Positions 1 through 10,152 of a stretch of 30,232 nucleotides of DNA are shown piece by piece. The first letter of the stretch is position 1; each line of letters begins with the position of its first letter. The translations under genes were made by a program, and so were the position numbers. The stretch comes from a virus (taxonomy: Duplodnaviria > Heunggongvirae > Uroviricota > Caudoviricetes): the IMG/VR virus record IMGVR_UViG_2897333091_000004; one strand, written 5' to 3'. Under the pieces are notes generated by a model, which saw only the letters and a program-made list of their open reading frames with translations, ran no database searches and was not told the origin of the DNA.

Positions 1-468
<468 letters not shown>

Positions 469-568
469 NNNNNNNNNNNNNNNNNNNNNNNNNNNNNNNN
501 NNNNNNNNNNNNNNNNNNNNNNNNNNNNNNNNNNNNNNNNNNNNNNNNNNNNNNNNNNNNNNNNNNNN
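469..568. other. assembly gap (100 N)
   Basis: Run of exactly 100 N. Confidence 1.
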
Positions 569-778
569 GTAAAACAAATCGGCGAGCATGCCTGGCTGAT
601 TGAGAAAGCTGGAATCGTGGTCCACAAATGCCCACGCAATCCGTTTACCGGAAACCGCATTTTTGCATTGAGCTGCGGCGACAATCAATTCGGGCAGGAT
701 TTCACATTATACGAAGCACTTCGCACGGTTGATCGTCTGCTTCGTGGGCAAAGTTTTATTAAACAGGCTGATTTATAA
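569..778 (+). CDS. 3' fragment of an unknown protein (N-terminus missing at the contig edge)
   Basis: Open frame from the contig start to a TAA at 776-778 (...AWLIEKAGIVVHKCPRNPFTGNRIFALSCGDNQFGQDFTLYEALRTVDRLLRGQSFIKQADL). No recognisable motif. Confidence 0.35.
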   Translation, partial: VKQIGEHAWLIEKAGIVVHKCPRNPFTGNRIFALSCGDNQFGQDFTLYEALRTVDRLLRGQSFIKQADL

Positions 779-788
779 CAGGTGCTTT

Positions 789-1067
789 ATGACCAAAGAG
801 CATGCACAAGGTGTATTTATCCGTTTTATTGATTTTCGCGGTGAACTGTTATTACGCGCATCAGCCATTGACGGAGTTGTTCCATCCGAAAAAAACGCAG
901 CTACTTACGTTTATCTGAACGGTACGCGCCTGACTGTGGAGCTTCCGTACCAGACCGTACGAGAAATCATTAGCGAAGCTGAAAAGGCACGTCAGGTTAA
1001 TGGCGATGAACCCTATATCGAAATTATTTGTATGGATTCAGAAGCTGAAATTCAGAAAGCAGATTAA
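789..1067 (+). CDS. hypothetical small phage-type protein (93 aa)
   Basis: ATG at 789 (MTKEHAQGVFIRF...), same strand and tightly spaced with the following genes. No recognisable domain. Confidence 0.5.
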   Translation: MTKEHAQGVFIRFIDFRGELLLRASAIDGVVPSEKNAATYVYLNGTRLTVELPYQTVREIISEAEKARQVNGDEPYIEIICMDSEAEIQKAD

Positions 1068-1078
1068 AGGGCGTTGCG

Positions 1079-1321
1079 ATGGGCAAAGAATATAAAACTC
1101 TCATTAATAAAGCACTTGAACGATTTTATTTTCGCTTAAGTGCATCAGGCGCTCATGCTGAACGTGCAGCCCGTGACTCATTGACCAGGGCAATCCGGAG
1201 TTTGTATGACGTCGCTTTTTACGCTGATGATCTGGATGCACTTAACGAACTTTCCGAGCTGATCTGTGCCGCAGAATGCGGGGAACATATTGAACCGTAT
1301 AAGCTGGGGAATATCGCATGA
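1079..1321 (+). CDS. hypothetical protein (80 aa)
   Basis: ATG preceded by AAAGGG; the stop overlaps the next start (ATGA). Confidence 0.5.
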   Translation: MGKEYKTLINKALERFYFRLSASGAHAERAARDSLTRAIRSLYDVAFYADDLDALNELSELICAAECGEHIEPYKLGNIA

Positions 1322-1431
1322 GTATATTTATCTCATGGCTTGTTCTGATTATTTCGGTGGCCTGCGCCATTGGGATTATGCGAATTATTCATTCAGTAAA
1401 AAAGATTGAACGCTTTTTCACTGACGAATAA
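1318..1431 (+). CDS. small hydrophobic peptide (37 aa), candidate single-pass membrane protein
   Basis: The ATG overlaps the upstream TGA (ATGA coupling). The product MSIFISWLVLIISVACAIGIMRIIHSVKKIERFFTDE has a hydrophobic core followed by basic residues. Not in the supplied ORF track (below its size cutoff). Confidence 0.35.
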   Translation: MSIFISWLVLIISVACAIGIMRIIHSVKKIERFFTDE

Positions 1432-1523
1432 CAGCTTAAACAAAACACCAGATTAAACCCGAAAACCTGAAAACTATCCGCATTCGCGGAGGTATTCGCA
1501 CACGTAAATAACGGAGATATAAA

Positions 1524-1940
1524 ATGAACACAAAAGAAGAAGGCATTATCAACACATTAAAAAAAATATCAGAAGCGGAAGATGAAATGGCTAAAGATGC
1601 CGTGAAGCGTAGCCAACATATGGCAGCACTTCACGCACTGACCATTGCAAAAATCACCGCTGACGCAGCCAAAATTATTGAGGAACAGAGCAAAGAAATC
1701 GACACTCTTAAAACACAGTCAACAGTTGCAGCCATGAATCCGTCCAGCATTGGACGCTGCATTTATATTCTTGGTTCAGCAATGATGCTGCAATACACCA
1801 TTATTGCCGAACTGCACGGCAAATACCTGATAACGCCTTACCACACAAAAGAGTCAGAGCTTCTGACAAATCTCCGCCTGATAGAACGCTCTCAAGCTGT
1901 ATTCATTGATGACGCGCAACGTGCCGTATTTAACGCATAG
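1524..1940 (+). CDS. hypothetical protein (138 aa)
   Basis: ATG preceded by GGAGAT; long ORF co-directional with the operon. Confidence 0.6.
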   Translation: MNTKEEGIINTLKKISEAEDEMAKDAVKRSQHMAALHALTIAKITADAAKIIEEQSKEIDTLKTQSTVAAMNPSSIGRCIYILGSAMMLQYTIIAELHGKYLITPYHTKESELLTNLRLIERSQAVFIDDAQRAVFNA

Positions 1941-1963
1941 GGTTACTGGACAAAGGGGGCGCA

Positions 1964-2167
1964 ATGGCAATTAAGCATTTTTCCGTCGTTCGCTTTACCT
2001 CCAGAGGGCGCGAATACGAGGTCGACGAACGCCTGATTACCACTATCGACAAACATCGTTCGGAAAAGGATGCGCACCACATCTACCTCACTGACGGCAC
2101 TTATTTCTGCGCCACCAACGTGGCGCGGGTGAATCTTATCCGACAAGTACAGGAGCCACGCAGATGA
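1964..2167 (+). CDS. hypothetical protein (67 aa)
   Basis: ATG preceded by AAGGGGG; the stop overlaps the next start. Confidence 0.5.
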   Translation: MAIKHFSVVRFTSRGREYEVDERLITTIDKHRSEKDAHHIYLTDGTYFCATNVARVNLIRQVQEPRR

Positions 2168-2430
2168 CCATTCTGGACTACATCGCTACTCATCCGGGGT
2201 GTAGCGGCGGAGAGATCGCCGCAGCACTGAATACTCCAACCACAGCCATTAATGCTGAGTTACGCCAACTTTGGCGCGGCGGCTTAGTCATCAGAACAAA
2301 CCGCAGCACAGGTGGTCGCGCTCGCAAAACTGGAGGCCAGGCTTCTTACCACGTAAACCCGATGCCGTTCGGGTGTAGCAATCCACTTACTCACATGTTT
2401 AACCAGCTACTGAAGGAAGCCAGAACATGA
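2164..2430 (+). CDS. hypothetical protein (88 aa), possibly a small winged-helix DNA-binding protein
   Basis: Translationally coupled to both neighbours (overlapping stop and start). The segment GGEIAAALNTPTTAINAELRQLWRGGLV resembles an HTH; this is inference only. Confidence 0.5.
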   Translation: MTILDYIATHPGCSGGEIAAALNTPTTAINAELRQLWRGGLVIRTNRSTGGRARKTGGQASYHVNPMPFGCSNPLTHMFNQLLKEART

Positions 2431-2726
2431 GCACCATCAACCACCAGAAGCTACGCGAACTGGCATTTGCCCTGCAACGAATGGCAACTCCTCAAAAATT
2501 ACTGGCATTTCGCGCAATGCTCTCGCCGTCTGCTGTGCTGGCACTGCTGGATCAGCTGGAGCACGCCAGAACCACGGCTCCTGCCATTCGCCTGACGCTC
2601 CATCATGAAATCGCTGATTTCTGCGCAACGCTGGGGGCACCTGGCGAACCGGAAACGCCGGAAGCAATGCAGCAAGAGCTGCTGCAACGCATTGACAAGG
2701 TTTTTGATTTTTTTCTGAACCAGTAA
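2427..2726 (+). CDS. hypothetical protein (99 aa)
   Basis: Start overlaps the upstream stop; last gene before the terminator. Confidence 0.5.
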   Translation: MSTINHQKLRELAFALQRMATPQKLLAFRAMLSPSAVLALLDQLEHARTTAPAIRLTLHHEIADFCATLGAPGEPETPEAMQQELLQRIDKVFDFFLNQ

Positions 2727-2848
2727 GAAACCAGAACATGCACACACAAAAAAACCGCTTGCCATGCCGCAATCGGTCAGGTTACATTTCCGCTGCACCT
2801 CATAAAACGGGTGCCGGGATTCTCAACCCGATACAGAGCAAAGCGCAT

Positions 2849-2869
2849 AACCGCGCCAGCGGTTTTTTT
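2849..2869 (+). terminator. rho-independent terminator
   Basis: Hairpin AACCGC-GCCA-GCGGTT followed by a T7 run. Confidence 0.6.
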
Positions 2870-2881
2870 GTGCGTACTGTA

Positions 2882-2910
2882 TTGCCACGTCTTTTTCGCG
2901 TCAGAATTAT
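2882..2910 (+). promoter_or_regulatory. candidate sigma70 promoter
   Basis: TTGCCA (-35), 17-nt spacer, AATTAT (-10), just downstream of the terminator and upstream of the structured leader. Confidence 0.35.
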
Positions 2911-3016
2911 GGCGGGGCGTACGGGGCCGACTTCGGTCGGGCCGGATTCTTTGCTCTCCGGTGTTGAGAACCCTGTACGTCTCGCCACCCCGAGATTCTC
3001 AACTCTGGATGGTGAG

Positions 3017-3116
3017 NNNNNNNNNNNNNNNNNNNNNNNNNNNNNNNNNNNNNNNNNNNNNNNNNNNNNNNNNNNNNNNNNNNNNNNNNNNNNNNNNNNN
3101 NNNNNNNNNNNNNNNN
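3017..3116. other. assembly gap (100 N); the contigs on each side share an identical 127-bp terminal sequence
   Basis: 2890-3016 is identical to 3117-3243. Confidence 1.
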
Positions 3117-3275
3117 TCTTTTTCGCGTCAGAATTATGGCGGGGCGTACGGGGCCGACTTCGGTCGGGCCGGATTCTTTGCTCTCCGGTGTTGAGAACCC
3201 TGTACGTCTCGCCACCCCGAGATTCTCAACTCTGGATGGTGAGTTATTTCTATCACCGAGCAAAGAGGCCACACC
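3117..3275 (+). promoter_or_regulatory. structured 5' leader: strong UUCG-tetraloop hairpin plus nested stems that sequester the SD of the downstream gene
   Basis: Hairpin GGCCGAC-UUCG-GUCGGGCC at about 3152-3170. A central element (3171-3200) contains CTTTGCTC and GTTGAGAA, complementary to TTCTCAAC (3223-3230) and GAGCAAAG (3258-3265); the latter overlaps the AAGAGG SD of the ATG at 3276. Confidence 0.45.
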
Positions 3276-3506
3276 ATGGCAGACCGCAAACAGCACCGCG
3301 CTATCGCGGAGCGTCGTCACATCCAGACTGAAATCAACCGCAGACTTTCCCGCGCATCACGCGTCGCGCAAATCATGCACATCAATATGCTGCATGAGCG
3401 CAGCCACGCACTATCAAACATTTATTCCGCCTCTGTTTTCAGCTATCTGGCGGATGATCTGCACGAGCTTCAACAGCTCATCCAGCAGCAAAACAAACTC
3501 CATTAA
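3276..3506 (+). CDS. hypothetical small basic protein (76 aa), first gene of the replication operon
   Basis: ATG with AAGAGG SD; a near-identical paralog lies at 6320-6550. Confidence 0.6.
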   Translation: MADRKQHRAIAERRHIQTEINRRLSRASRVAQIMHINMLHERSHALSNIYSASVFSYLADDLHELQQLIQQQNKLH

Positions 3507-3578
3507 TTCCTGTTCCGGGCCTTTCCTGCACCTTGCGGCGGGAGGCCTTCGCACATCTGTAACAAGAGGATTGCCGCA

Positions 3579-3944
3579 ATGATTCTCGCCAACGACTTTC
3601 TTGAATACCTGCTCAACACAGAACGTGATCTTGCCGCTCGCGTGCGTGATCGTTATGACATGTACCTGAAATCCCTGCCTGTACCGCAGCTCGCTGACGG
3701 AAAGATTGTTATTGATGGTCGCTACATGATTGACAGCCACGAGGGAAATTACAGGCTTTACCGCATTGAAGGTGGCACCCCGTCCGTTATTGGCATTTAC
3801 CAGCGCCCATCCTCTGCAATCGTCGATGTGATTGCCGACAGCATCCGCATCACACATCGCCATGCCGACACAGAAGACACCGTGCTGGAAATTCAGCGGC
3901 TGGCTACCGTCTGCCGCGACACCCTGAATGGCATGACGAAGTAA
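3579..3944 (+). CDS. hypothetical protein (121 aa) immediately upstream of gpA; positional analogue of the P2 B / 186 CP-type replication accessory genes
   Basis: ORF ending 6 nt before the gpA start; weakly similar to its counterpart at 6623-7012. Confidence 0.55.
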   Translation: MILANDFLEYLLNTERDLAARVRDRYDMYLKSLPVPQLADGKIVIDGRYMIDSHEGNYRLYRIEGGTPSVIGIYQRPSSAIVDVIADSIRITHRHADTEDTVLEIQRLATVCRDTLNGMTK

Positions 3945-3950
3945 ATCACT

Positions 3951-6060
3951 ATGACGGCAGAGTACATCAGGGACTGGCAACAACCGCGCCACGCAGTAGG
4001 ACGTGAAGGAACGGGGATCCCCGTTCCTGAATCCGCGCTTTCCTCCTGGCTGGATGCCTACCGGGTAGAGAACGAGCGCCGCCAGGAAATGGCTGATGCG
4101 GCGTTCTCCGCCACGCCGCTGGGCAACCTGATTAATAAAAGCCTGGACGCACAGGAAAAACAGGACAAAACCATCACACTGGCAGGAGACGCCAGAAAGC
4201 AGGTACGCGGCGCGGTGGATGAAGCCATGGCCTCGCTGCGCCTGCTGCCATCCTATCTGCGCGATCCGCTTATTCGCCACCTCTCCTTCCTGCGCAAAAA
4301 ACAGGAATCTGACCGCCAGAAAGGTAAAAAGAACCAGCAGGCTGAACGCTACGCGCGCGGGACCCTGCGCAAAATATTCGAACGTCTGGACCGCACCGAC
4401 CACCGCTGGCTGACACCGGGTTATCGCTCCCTTGCCGGACGCGAACGCCTGGATGATTTGCTTTACCTCCCGCAACTCAACAAGCACCAGATACAGACGC
4501 TGGCCACCATGACGGCAGCGATGTTCAGCAGCACCTTCGAAAAACTCTGCGATGGCTTTGGCGCGACCGATGGCGAGCTGACCATGGATGTAACCCTGAA
4601 GGCGTATCAGATGCTGGCCCGCATGGCGTTACACCTGCACGCCATGCCTCCACATTATGACGCACTGACAACAGACAAAGACCGGAGGAACGAACCGGAC
4701 ACGGAGCTGCTGCCGGGCGCAGTCCTTCGCCTGACCTGTGCGCAATGGTGGAAACGCAAACTGTGGCTGTTACGTTGCGAGTGGAGAGAAGAACAACTCC
4801 GCGCCACCTGTCTGGTTTCCAGAAAAACATCGCCCTATCTGAGCCAGGACGCGTTAAGCGAGTTTCGCGCACAGCGCGAGAAAACACGCGATTTCCTGAA
4901 AAGTTTCATGCTGGAAAATGAAGACGGGTTCACGATTGATCTCGAGACGGTGTATTACGCGGGAGTAAGTAACCCGGTTCACCGTAAGGCAGAAATGATG
5001 GCCACCATGAAGGGGCTGGAACTTCTGGCCGAAGCCCGTGGCGACAAAGCGGTGTTTCTGACTGTCACCTGCCCGTCAAAATACCACGCCACAACAGAGA
5101 ACGGTCATCCGAATCCCAAATGGAACGGGGCCACCATGCGCGACTCCAGCGATTATCTGGTTAACACGTTTTTTGCGGCGGTCCGCAAAAAACTGAACCG
5201 CGACGGCCTGCGCTGGTATGGCATCCGCACGGTGGAGCCTCACCATGACGGCACCGTGCACTGGCATATGATGGTCTTTGCTCATCCGGAAGAAATCGAC
5301 AGCATCGTGGCCATCACCCGCGATATTGCCATTCAGGAAGACCGCCACGAGCTGGGCAATGATATTACTCCGCGCTTTAAGGTGGAGTACGTCGACGGCT
5401 CCAAAGGCACGCCAACCAGCTACATCGCCACCTACATCGGAAAAAACCTGGACAGCCGCGCCGTGGATGGAATCGACCCGAAAACGGGCAAACCACGCGT
5501 TGACCACGAAACCGGAAAATCAATGGCCGAGAGCGTGGAGCGCGCCATCGGCTGGGCGCGCCTTCATCGGGTCCGCCAGTTCCAGTTCTTTGGCATCCCC
5601 TCCCGTCAGGTGTGGCGTGAACTGCGCCGCCTTGCCAGCCAGATGGCACGCAACCCGGAAGGCCCGCAACGGCTGAAGGATGACGCAATGGATGCGGTAC
5701 TCGCTGCCGCTGATGCCGGATGTTTTGCCACCTACATTGAAAAACAGGGTGGCGTACTTGTTCCGCGCAAGGACTACCTGATTCGCACAGCCTACGACCT
5801 CGCAGATGAGCTGAACGATTACGGCGAACAGAGTGTACAGATTTACGGGATCTGGTCGCCATTCATCGGGGAATCCTCCCGTGTGTGCACGCATCCGGAT
5901 AACTGGAAGCTGGTAAGACGTAAACCGGAAGCGGAAGACAGCGCCCGCGAAAATGGTTTTGACCTTCAGGGCGGCCCTGCCGCCCCTTGGACTCGTGGCA
6001 ATAACTGTCCCCGTGTACAGGAAACGGACAACAACGGGACAGAACAGCCGGAAGAACGGC
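3951..6060 (+). CDS. A: P2 gpA-like rolling-circle replication initiator (HUH endonuclease), allele 1; 3' end cut by the contig edge
   Basis: HUH motif in GTVHWHMMVFAHP and paired catalytic tyrosines in TSYIATYIGKN (YxxxY), the hallmark of phiX174-A/P2-A superfamily initiators. The track ORF continues through the N run artificially. Confidence 0.75.
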
Positions 6061-6160
6061 NNNNNNNNNNNNNNNNNNNNNNNNNNNNNNNNNNNNNNNN
6101 NNNNNNNNNNNNNNNNNNNNNNNNNNNNNNNNNNNNNNNNNNNNNNNNNNNNNNNNNNNN
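6061..6160. other. assembly gap (100 N)
   Basis: Run of 100 N. Confidence 1.
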
Positions 6161-6319
6161 TCTTTTTCGCGTCAGAATTATGGCGGGGCGTACGGGGCCG
6201 ACTTCGGTCGGGCCGGATTCTTTGCTCTCCGGTGTTGAGAACCCTGTACGTCTCGCCACCCCGAGATTCTCAACTCTGGATGGTGAGCTATTTCTATCAC
6301 CGAGCAAAGAGGCCACACC
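6161..6319 (+). promoter_or_regulatory. second copy of the structured leader (first 127 bp identical to 3117-3243)
   Basis: Identical sequence, including the UUCG hairpin and the SD-sequestering stem, ahead of the ATG at 6320. Confidence 0.45.
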
Positions 6320-6550
6320 ATGGCAAACCGCAAACAACAGCGCGCATACGCTGCGCGTCGTCACATCCAGACTGAAATCAACCGTAGACTTTTCCGCGCA
6401 TCACGCGTCGCGCAAATCATGCACATCAATATGCTGCATGAGCGCAGCCACGCGCTATCGAACATCTATTCCGCCTCTGTTTTCAGCTATCTGGCGGATG
6501 ATCTGCGCGAGCTGCAACAACTCTTCCAGCAGCAAAACAAACTCCATTAA
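6320..6550 (+). CDS. hypothetical small basic protein (76 aa), paralog of 3276-3506
   Basis: About 90 percent identical translation (MANRKQQRAYAARRHIQTEINRR...). Confidence 0.6.
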   Translation: MANRKQQRAYAARRHIQTEINRRLFRASRVAQIMHINMLHERSHALSNIYSASVFSYLADDLRELQQLFQQQNKLH

Positions 6551-6622
6551 TTCCTGTTCCGGGCCTTTCCTGCACCTTGCGGCGGGAGGCCTTCGCACAT
6601 CTGTAGTAAAGAGAATTGCAGC

Positions 6623-7012
6623 ATGATTGACGCTCATGACTTCACAAGATGGGTGCGCACACAGGACACCCGTCTGGCTCCCGTTCTTCAGGGATTATTT
6701 GATCTCTACATCCGTGGTCGTGACAACAGAGCACGCACCACAAAACCGGAGAATGCAGACACCCTTTATTTCACAGTAGACGACTGCTACCGCGTGGACT
6801 TCACACCACACGGGCTGGCGTTGCACTGCCTGACACCACACGGAGAATCACTGCTGGCGTATTACGACTCCCCGGCCTCCGTATTTGCGGCAATGCTGGC
6901 GCATCGCACTGCTGGCGGGTGTGCCTCGCTGAGTGAATACACCGCTGAATTTAACCGCCTTTCTGCCCTCTTCTCGCAGGAGTGGCAGCGCGTGACGGGA
7001 TACCAGCCATGA
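6623..7012 (+). CDS. hypothetical protein (129 aa) upstream of gpA allele 2; divergent counterpart of 3579-3944
   Basis: Its stop overlaps the gpA allele-2 start (ATGA at 7009-7012). Confidence 0.55.
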   Translation: MIDAHDFTRWVRTQDTRLAPVLQGLFDLYIRGRDNRARTTKPENADTLYFTVDDCYRVDFTPHGLALHCLTPHGESLLAYYDSPASVFAAMLAHRTAGGCASLSEYTAEFNRLSALFSQEWQRVTGYQP

Positions 7013-9136
7013 ATGAGTTTGCATGGAGCTGGAATGAACCACGGCCAGCCATTGATCCGGCCAGATTTACGGAGCACAGGCAGGAAACTGAAACCGACCT
7101 GCAACGCGCCATCCGTTACTACCTTGAGGCAGACAAAAAGGCTCTGGAAGAACAGGAAGCGAAGGAGGAAGCCTTTTTCGCACAATCCACCGTGGGTAAA
7201 AAACTCATGGCATCCCTTGAGGAAGCCGGACAGCGTGAAAAGCTGGCACAAAGCATCATCAGCAAGCGTCAGGCAACAGAACAAGACCCGGTGGCCCGTG
7301 CTTTTGCCACACTGAAGGTGCTTCCCGTTTATCTGCGTGAACCTCTGAGCCGCCACCTCTCTTTCCTGCGCAAAAAACAGGAAGCCGATCGCCAGAAAGG
7401 CAAAAAGAGCTGGCAGGCTGAACGCTACGCGCGCGGAACCCTGCGCAAAATATTCGAACGCCTGGACCGCACCGACCACCGCTGGCTGACACCGGGTTAT
7501 CGCTCCCTTGCCGGACGCGAACGCCTGGATGATTTGCTTTACCTGCCGCAGCTCAACAAGCACCAGATACAGACGCTGGCCACCATGACGGCGGCGATGT
7601 TCAGCAGCACCTTCGAAAAACTCTGCGATGGCTTTGGCGCGACCGATGGTGAGCTGACCATGGAGGTGGCACTGAAGGCGTATCAGATGCTGGCCCGCAT
7701 GGTGTTACACCTGCACGCCATGCCTCCACATTATGACGCACTGACAACAGACAAAGACCGCAAGAACGAACCGGACACGGAACTGCTGCCGGGCGCAATC
7801 CTCCGCCTGACCTGTGCGGAATGGTGGAAACGCAAACTGTGGCTGTTACGTTGCGAGTGGCGGGAAGAACAACTCCGCGCCGCCTGTCTGGTTTCCAGAA
7901 AAACATCGCCCTATCTGAGCCAGGACGCGTTAAGCGAGTTTCGCGCACAGCGCGAGAAAACACGCGATTTCCTGAAAAGTTTCATGCTGGAAAACGAAGA
8001 CGGGTTCACGATTGATCTCGAGACGGTGTATTACGCGGGAGTAAGTAACCCGGTCCACCGTAAAGCAGAAATGATGGCCACCATGAAGGGGCTGGAACTT
8101 CTGGCCGAAGCCCGTGGCGACAGAGCGGTGTTTCTGACTGTCACCTGCCCGTCAAAATACCACGCCACAACAGAGAACGGTCATCCGAATCCCAAATGGA
8201 ACGGGGCCACCATGCGCGACTCCAGCGATTACCTGGTTAACACGTTTTTTGCGGCGGTCCGCAAAAAACTGAACCGCGATGGCCTGCGCTGGTATGGCAT
8301 CCGCACGGTGGAGCCTCACCATGACGGCACCGTGCACTGGCATATGATGGTCTTTGCACATCCGGACGAGATTGAAACCATCGTGTCCCATGTCTGCGAT
8401 ATTGCCATTCAGGAAGACCGCCACGAGCTGGGCGATGACATAACTCCGCGTTTTAAGGCTGAGTACGTAGACGGCTCAAAAGGCACGCCAACCAGCTACA
8501 TCGCCACCTACATCGGAAAGAACCTGGACAGCCGCGCCGTGGATGGCATCGACCCGAAAACGGGCAAGCCACGCGTTGACCACGAAACCGGAAAATCAAT
8601 GGCAGAGAGCGTGGAACGCGCCATCGGCTGGGCGCGCCTTCACCGGGTCCGCCAGTTCCAGTTCTTTGGCATTCCCTCTCGTCAGGTATGGCGTGAACTC
8701 CGCCGCCTTGCCAGCCAGATGGCACGCAACCCGGAAGGCCCACAACGGCTGAAGGATGATGCAATGGATGCGGTACTCGCTGCCGCTGATGCCGGGTGTT
8801 TTGCCACCTACATTGAGAAACAGGGCGGCGTACTTGTTCCACGCAAAGACTACCTGATTCGCACCGCCTACGACCTCGCAGATGAGCTGAACGATTACGG
8901 CGAGCAGAGTGTACAGATTTACGGGATCTGGTCGCCGCTCATCGGGGAGTCTTCCCGTGTGTGCACACATCCGGATAACTGGAAGCTGGTAAGACGTAAA
9001 CCTGAAGCAGAAGACAGCGCCCGCGAAAATGGTTTTGACCTTCAGGGCGGCCCTGCCGCCCCTTGGACTCGTGGCAATAACTGTCCCCGTGTACAGGAAA
9101 CGGACAACAACGGGACAGAACAGCCGGAAGAACGGC
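7009..9136 (+). CDS. A: P2 gpA-like rolling-circle replication initiator, allele 2; continues across the gap into 9237-10076
   Basis: Same HUH and YxxxY motifs. About 97 percent identical to allele 1 after roughly residue 110, but the N-terminal ~110 residues are unrelated. The ATG at 7009 overlaps the upstream stop. Confidence 0.75.
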
Positions 9137-9236
9137 NNNNNNNNNNNNNNNNNNNNNNNNNNNNNNNNNNNNNNNNNNNNNNNNNNNNNNNNNNNNNNNN
9201 NNNNNNNNNNNNNNNNNNNNNNNNNNNNNNNNNNNN
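9137..9236. other. assembly gap (100 N); flanking contigs overlap by an identical 127-bp sequence
   Basis: 9010-9136 is identical to 9237-9363. Confidence 1.
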
Positions 9237-10076
9237 GAAGACAGCGCCCGCGAAAATGGTTTTGACCTTCAGGGCGGCCCTGCCGCCCCTTGGACTCGTG
9301 GCAATAACTGTCCCCGTGTACAGGAAACGGACAACAACGGGACAGAACAGCCGGAAGAACGGCCAGCACCGTGGCCGCAGCTCCCTGACGGCATTGAAGT
9401 GAATGAATGGATGCGCTCACTGAAACGGCACGAACGCCGGGCACTGATGCGTTCGCTGCGTGACAAACAGGCCAAAAACAGCAGTGATGAAATGCAGAAC
9501 TGGACACAGAGCCGCAAACAGCCACAGCCTTTGCCTGATAACCACGAATTACTCGCTAAAGAATGGCGGGAGTCTGCCGAATCTCTCGGCCTGCATATCG
9601 GTGAACAGCAGATGCAGCACCTGTTACGGGGCGGCAGCCTGTACGTTGACGGCAGCATCATTGCACCGCAGGGATTTGAAATTGTACGCAAACCGGATAC
9701 CCGCCCGGACAGCCGAATCACGCAGCTCTGGCAGCGCCTGAGCCGTAATCACGGCGTAAGCAGCACGGAGATCCGCCATAACCCGGTCGCCAGCTATCTG
9801 GCACAGCTCGGGGCATCAGACCCCGAAGCCGCCGCACGCCTGACATCCACACTTCAGCAGGACCAGAACACCATGAAAACACCCGTTACCGTGCTTTCTG
9901 ACATGCTGCGCGCCATTCGTGACGCAGAGCACGCACAGAGAATCAGTGAAACCACTGAACGCGCCCGCCGCAAAGCAGACCTGCTGCGGGGTAGCCTGAT
10001 CAGTGGCAACAAAAAACAGACAGAAACGGGATTCACAAATCCCGCAAATGAGCAAAAAACACGCCGCGATATATGA
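9237..10076 (+). CDS. A: C-terminal part of the gpA-like initiator (in frame with the pre-gap sequence through the 127-bp overlap)
   Basis: Frame 0 reads EDSARENGFDLQGG...TEQPEERPAPWPQLPDGIEVNEWMRSLKRHERR... without stops to 10076. The track ORF 9399-10076 is the distal part of the same frame. Confidence 0.6.
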   Translation, partial: EDSARENGFDLQGGPAAPWTRGNNCPRVQETDNNGTEQPEERPAPWPQLPDGIEVNEWMRSLKRHERRALMRSLRDKQAKNSSDEMQNWTQSRKQPQPLPDNHELLAKEWRESAESLGLHIGEQQMQHLLRGGSLYVDGSIIAPQGFEIVRKPDTRPDSRITQLWQRLSRNHGVSSTEIRHNPVASYLAQLGASDPEAAARLTSTLQQDQNTMKTPVTVLSDMLRAIRDAEHAQRISETTERARRKADLLRGSLISGNKKQTETGFTNPANEQKTRRDI

Positions 10077-10117
10077 AGCGCGCACAAAACAGGCGAAAGC
10101 GGGATTTAAAAATCCCG
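10027..10117 (+). promoter_or_regulatory. two related palindromes upstream of parM; candidate parC-like centromere/operator
   Basis: CGGGATTCACAAATCCCG (about 10027-10044) and CGGGATTTAAAAATCCCG (about 10100-10117), followed by the TTAATTAA palindrome and the parM RBS. Confidence 0.3.
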
Positions 10118-10152
10118 TAAACGGTTAATTAACCAACATAAGGAAAATCGAC

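Noticed and set aside
2738-3331. Track ORFs translated through N runs (2738-3331, 2811-3194, 2907-3320, 5953-6375, 5966-6364, 8596-9525, 9029-9265, 19905-20252, 11205-11573 and the distal parts of 3951-6626 and 6982-9402)
   Set aside because: They are open only because N codons are not stops; the true gap length and frame are unknown. The post-gap part of 6982-9402 is in the wrong frame relative to the 127-bp overlap.
4525-8842. Proline/arginine-rich ORFs antisense or out of frame within both gpA alleles (4525-4887, 5076-5507, 5377-5862, 5520-5894, 7601-7963, 8152-8424, 8453-8842)
   Set aside because: Low-complexity translations in alternative frames of a GC-rich gene; duplicated only because gpA is duplicated.
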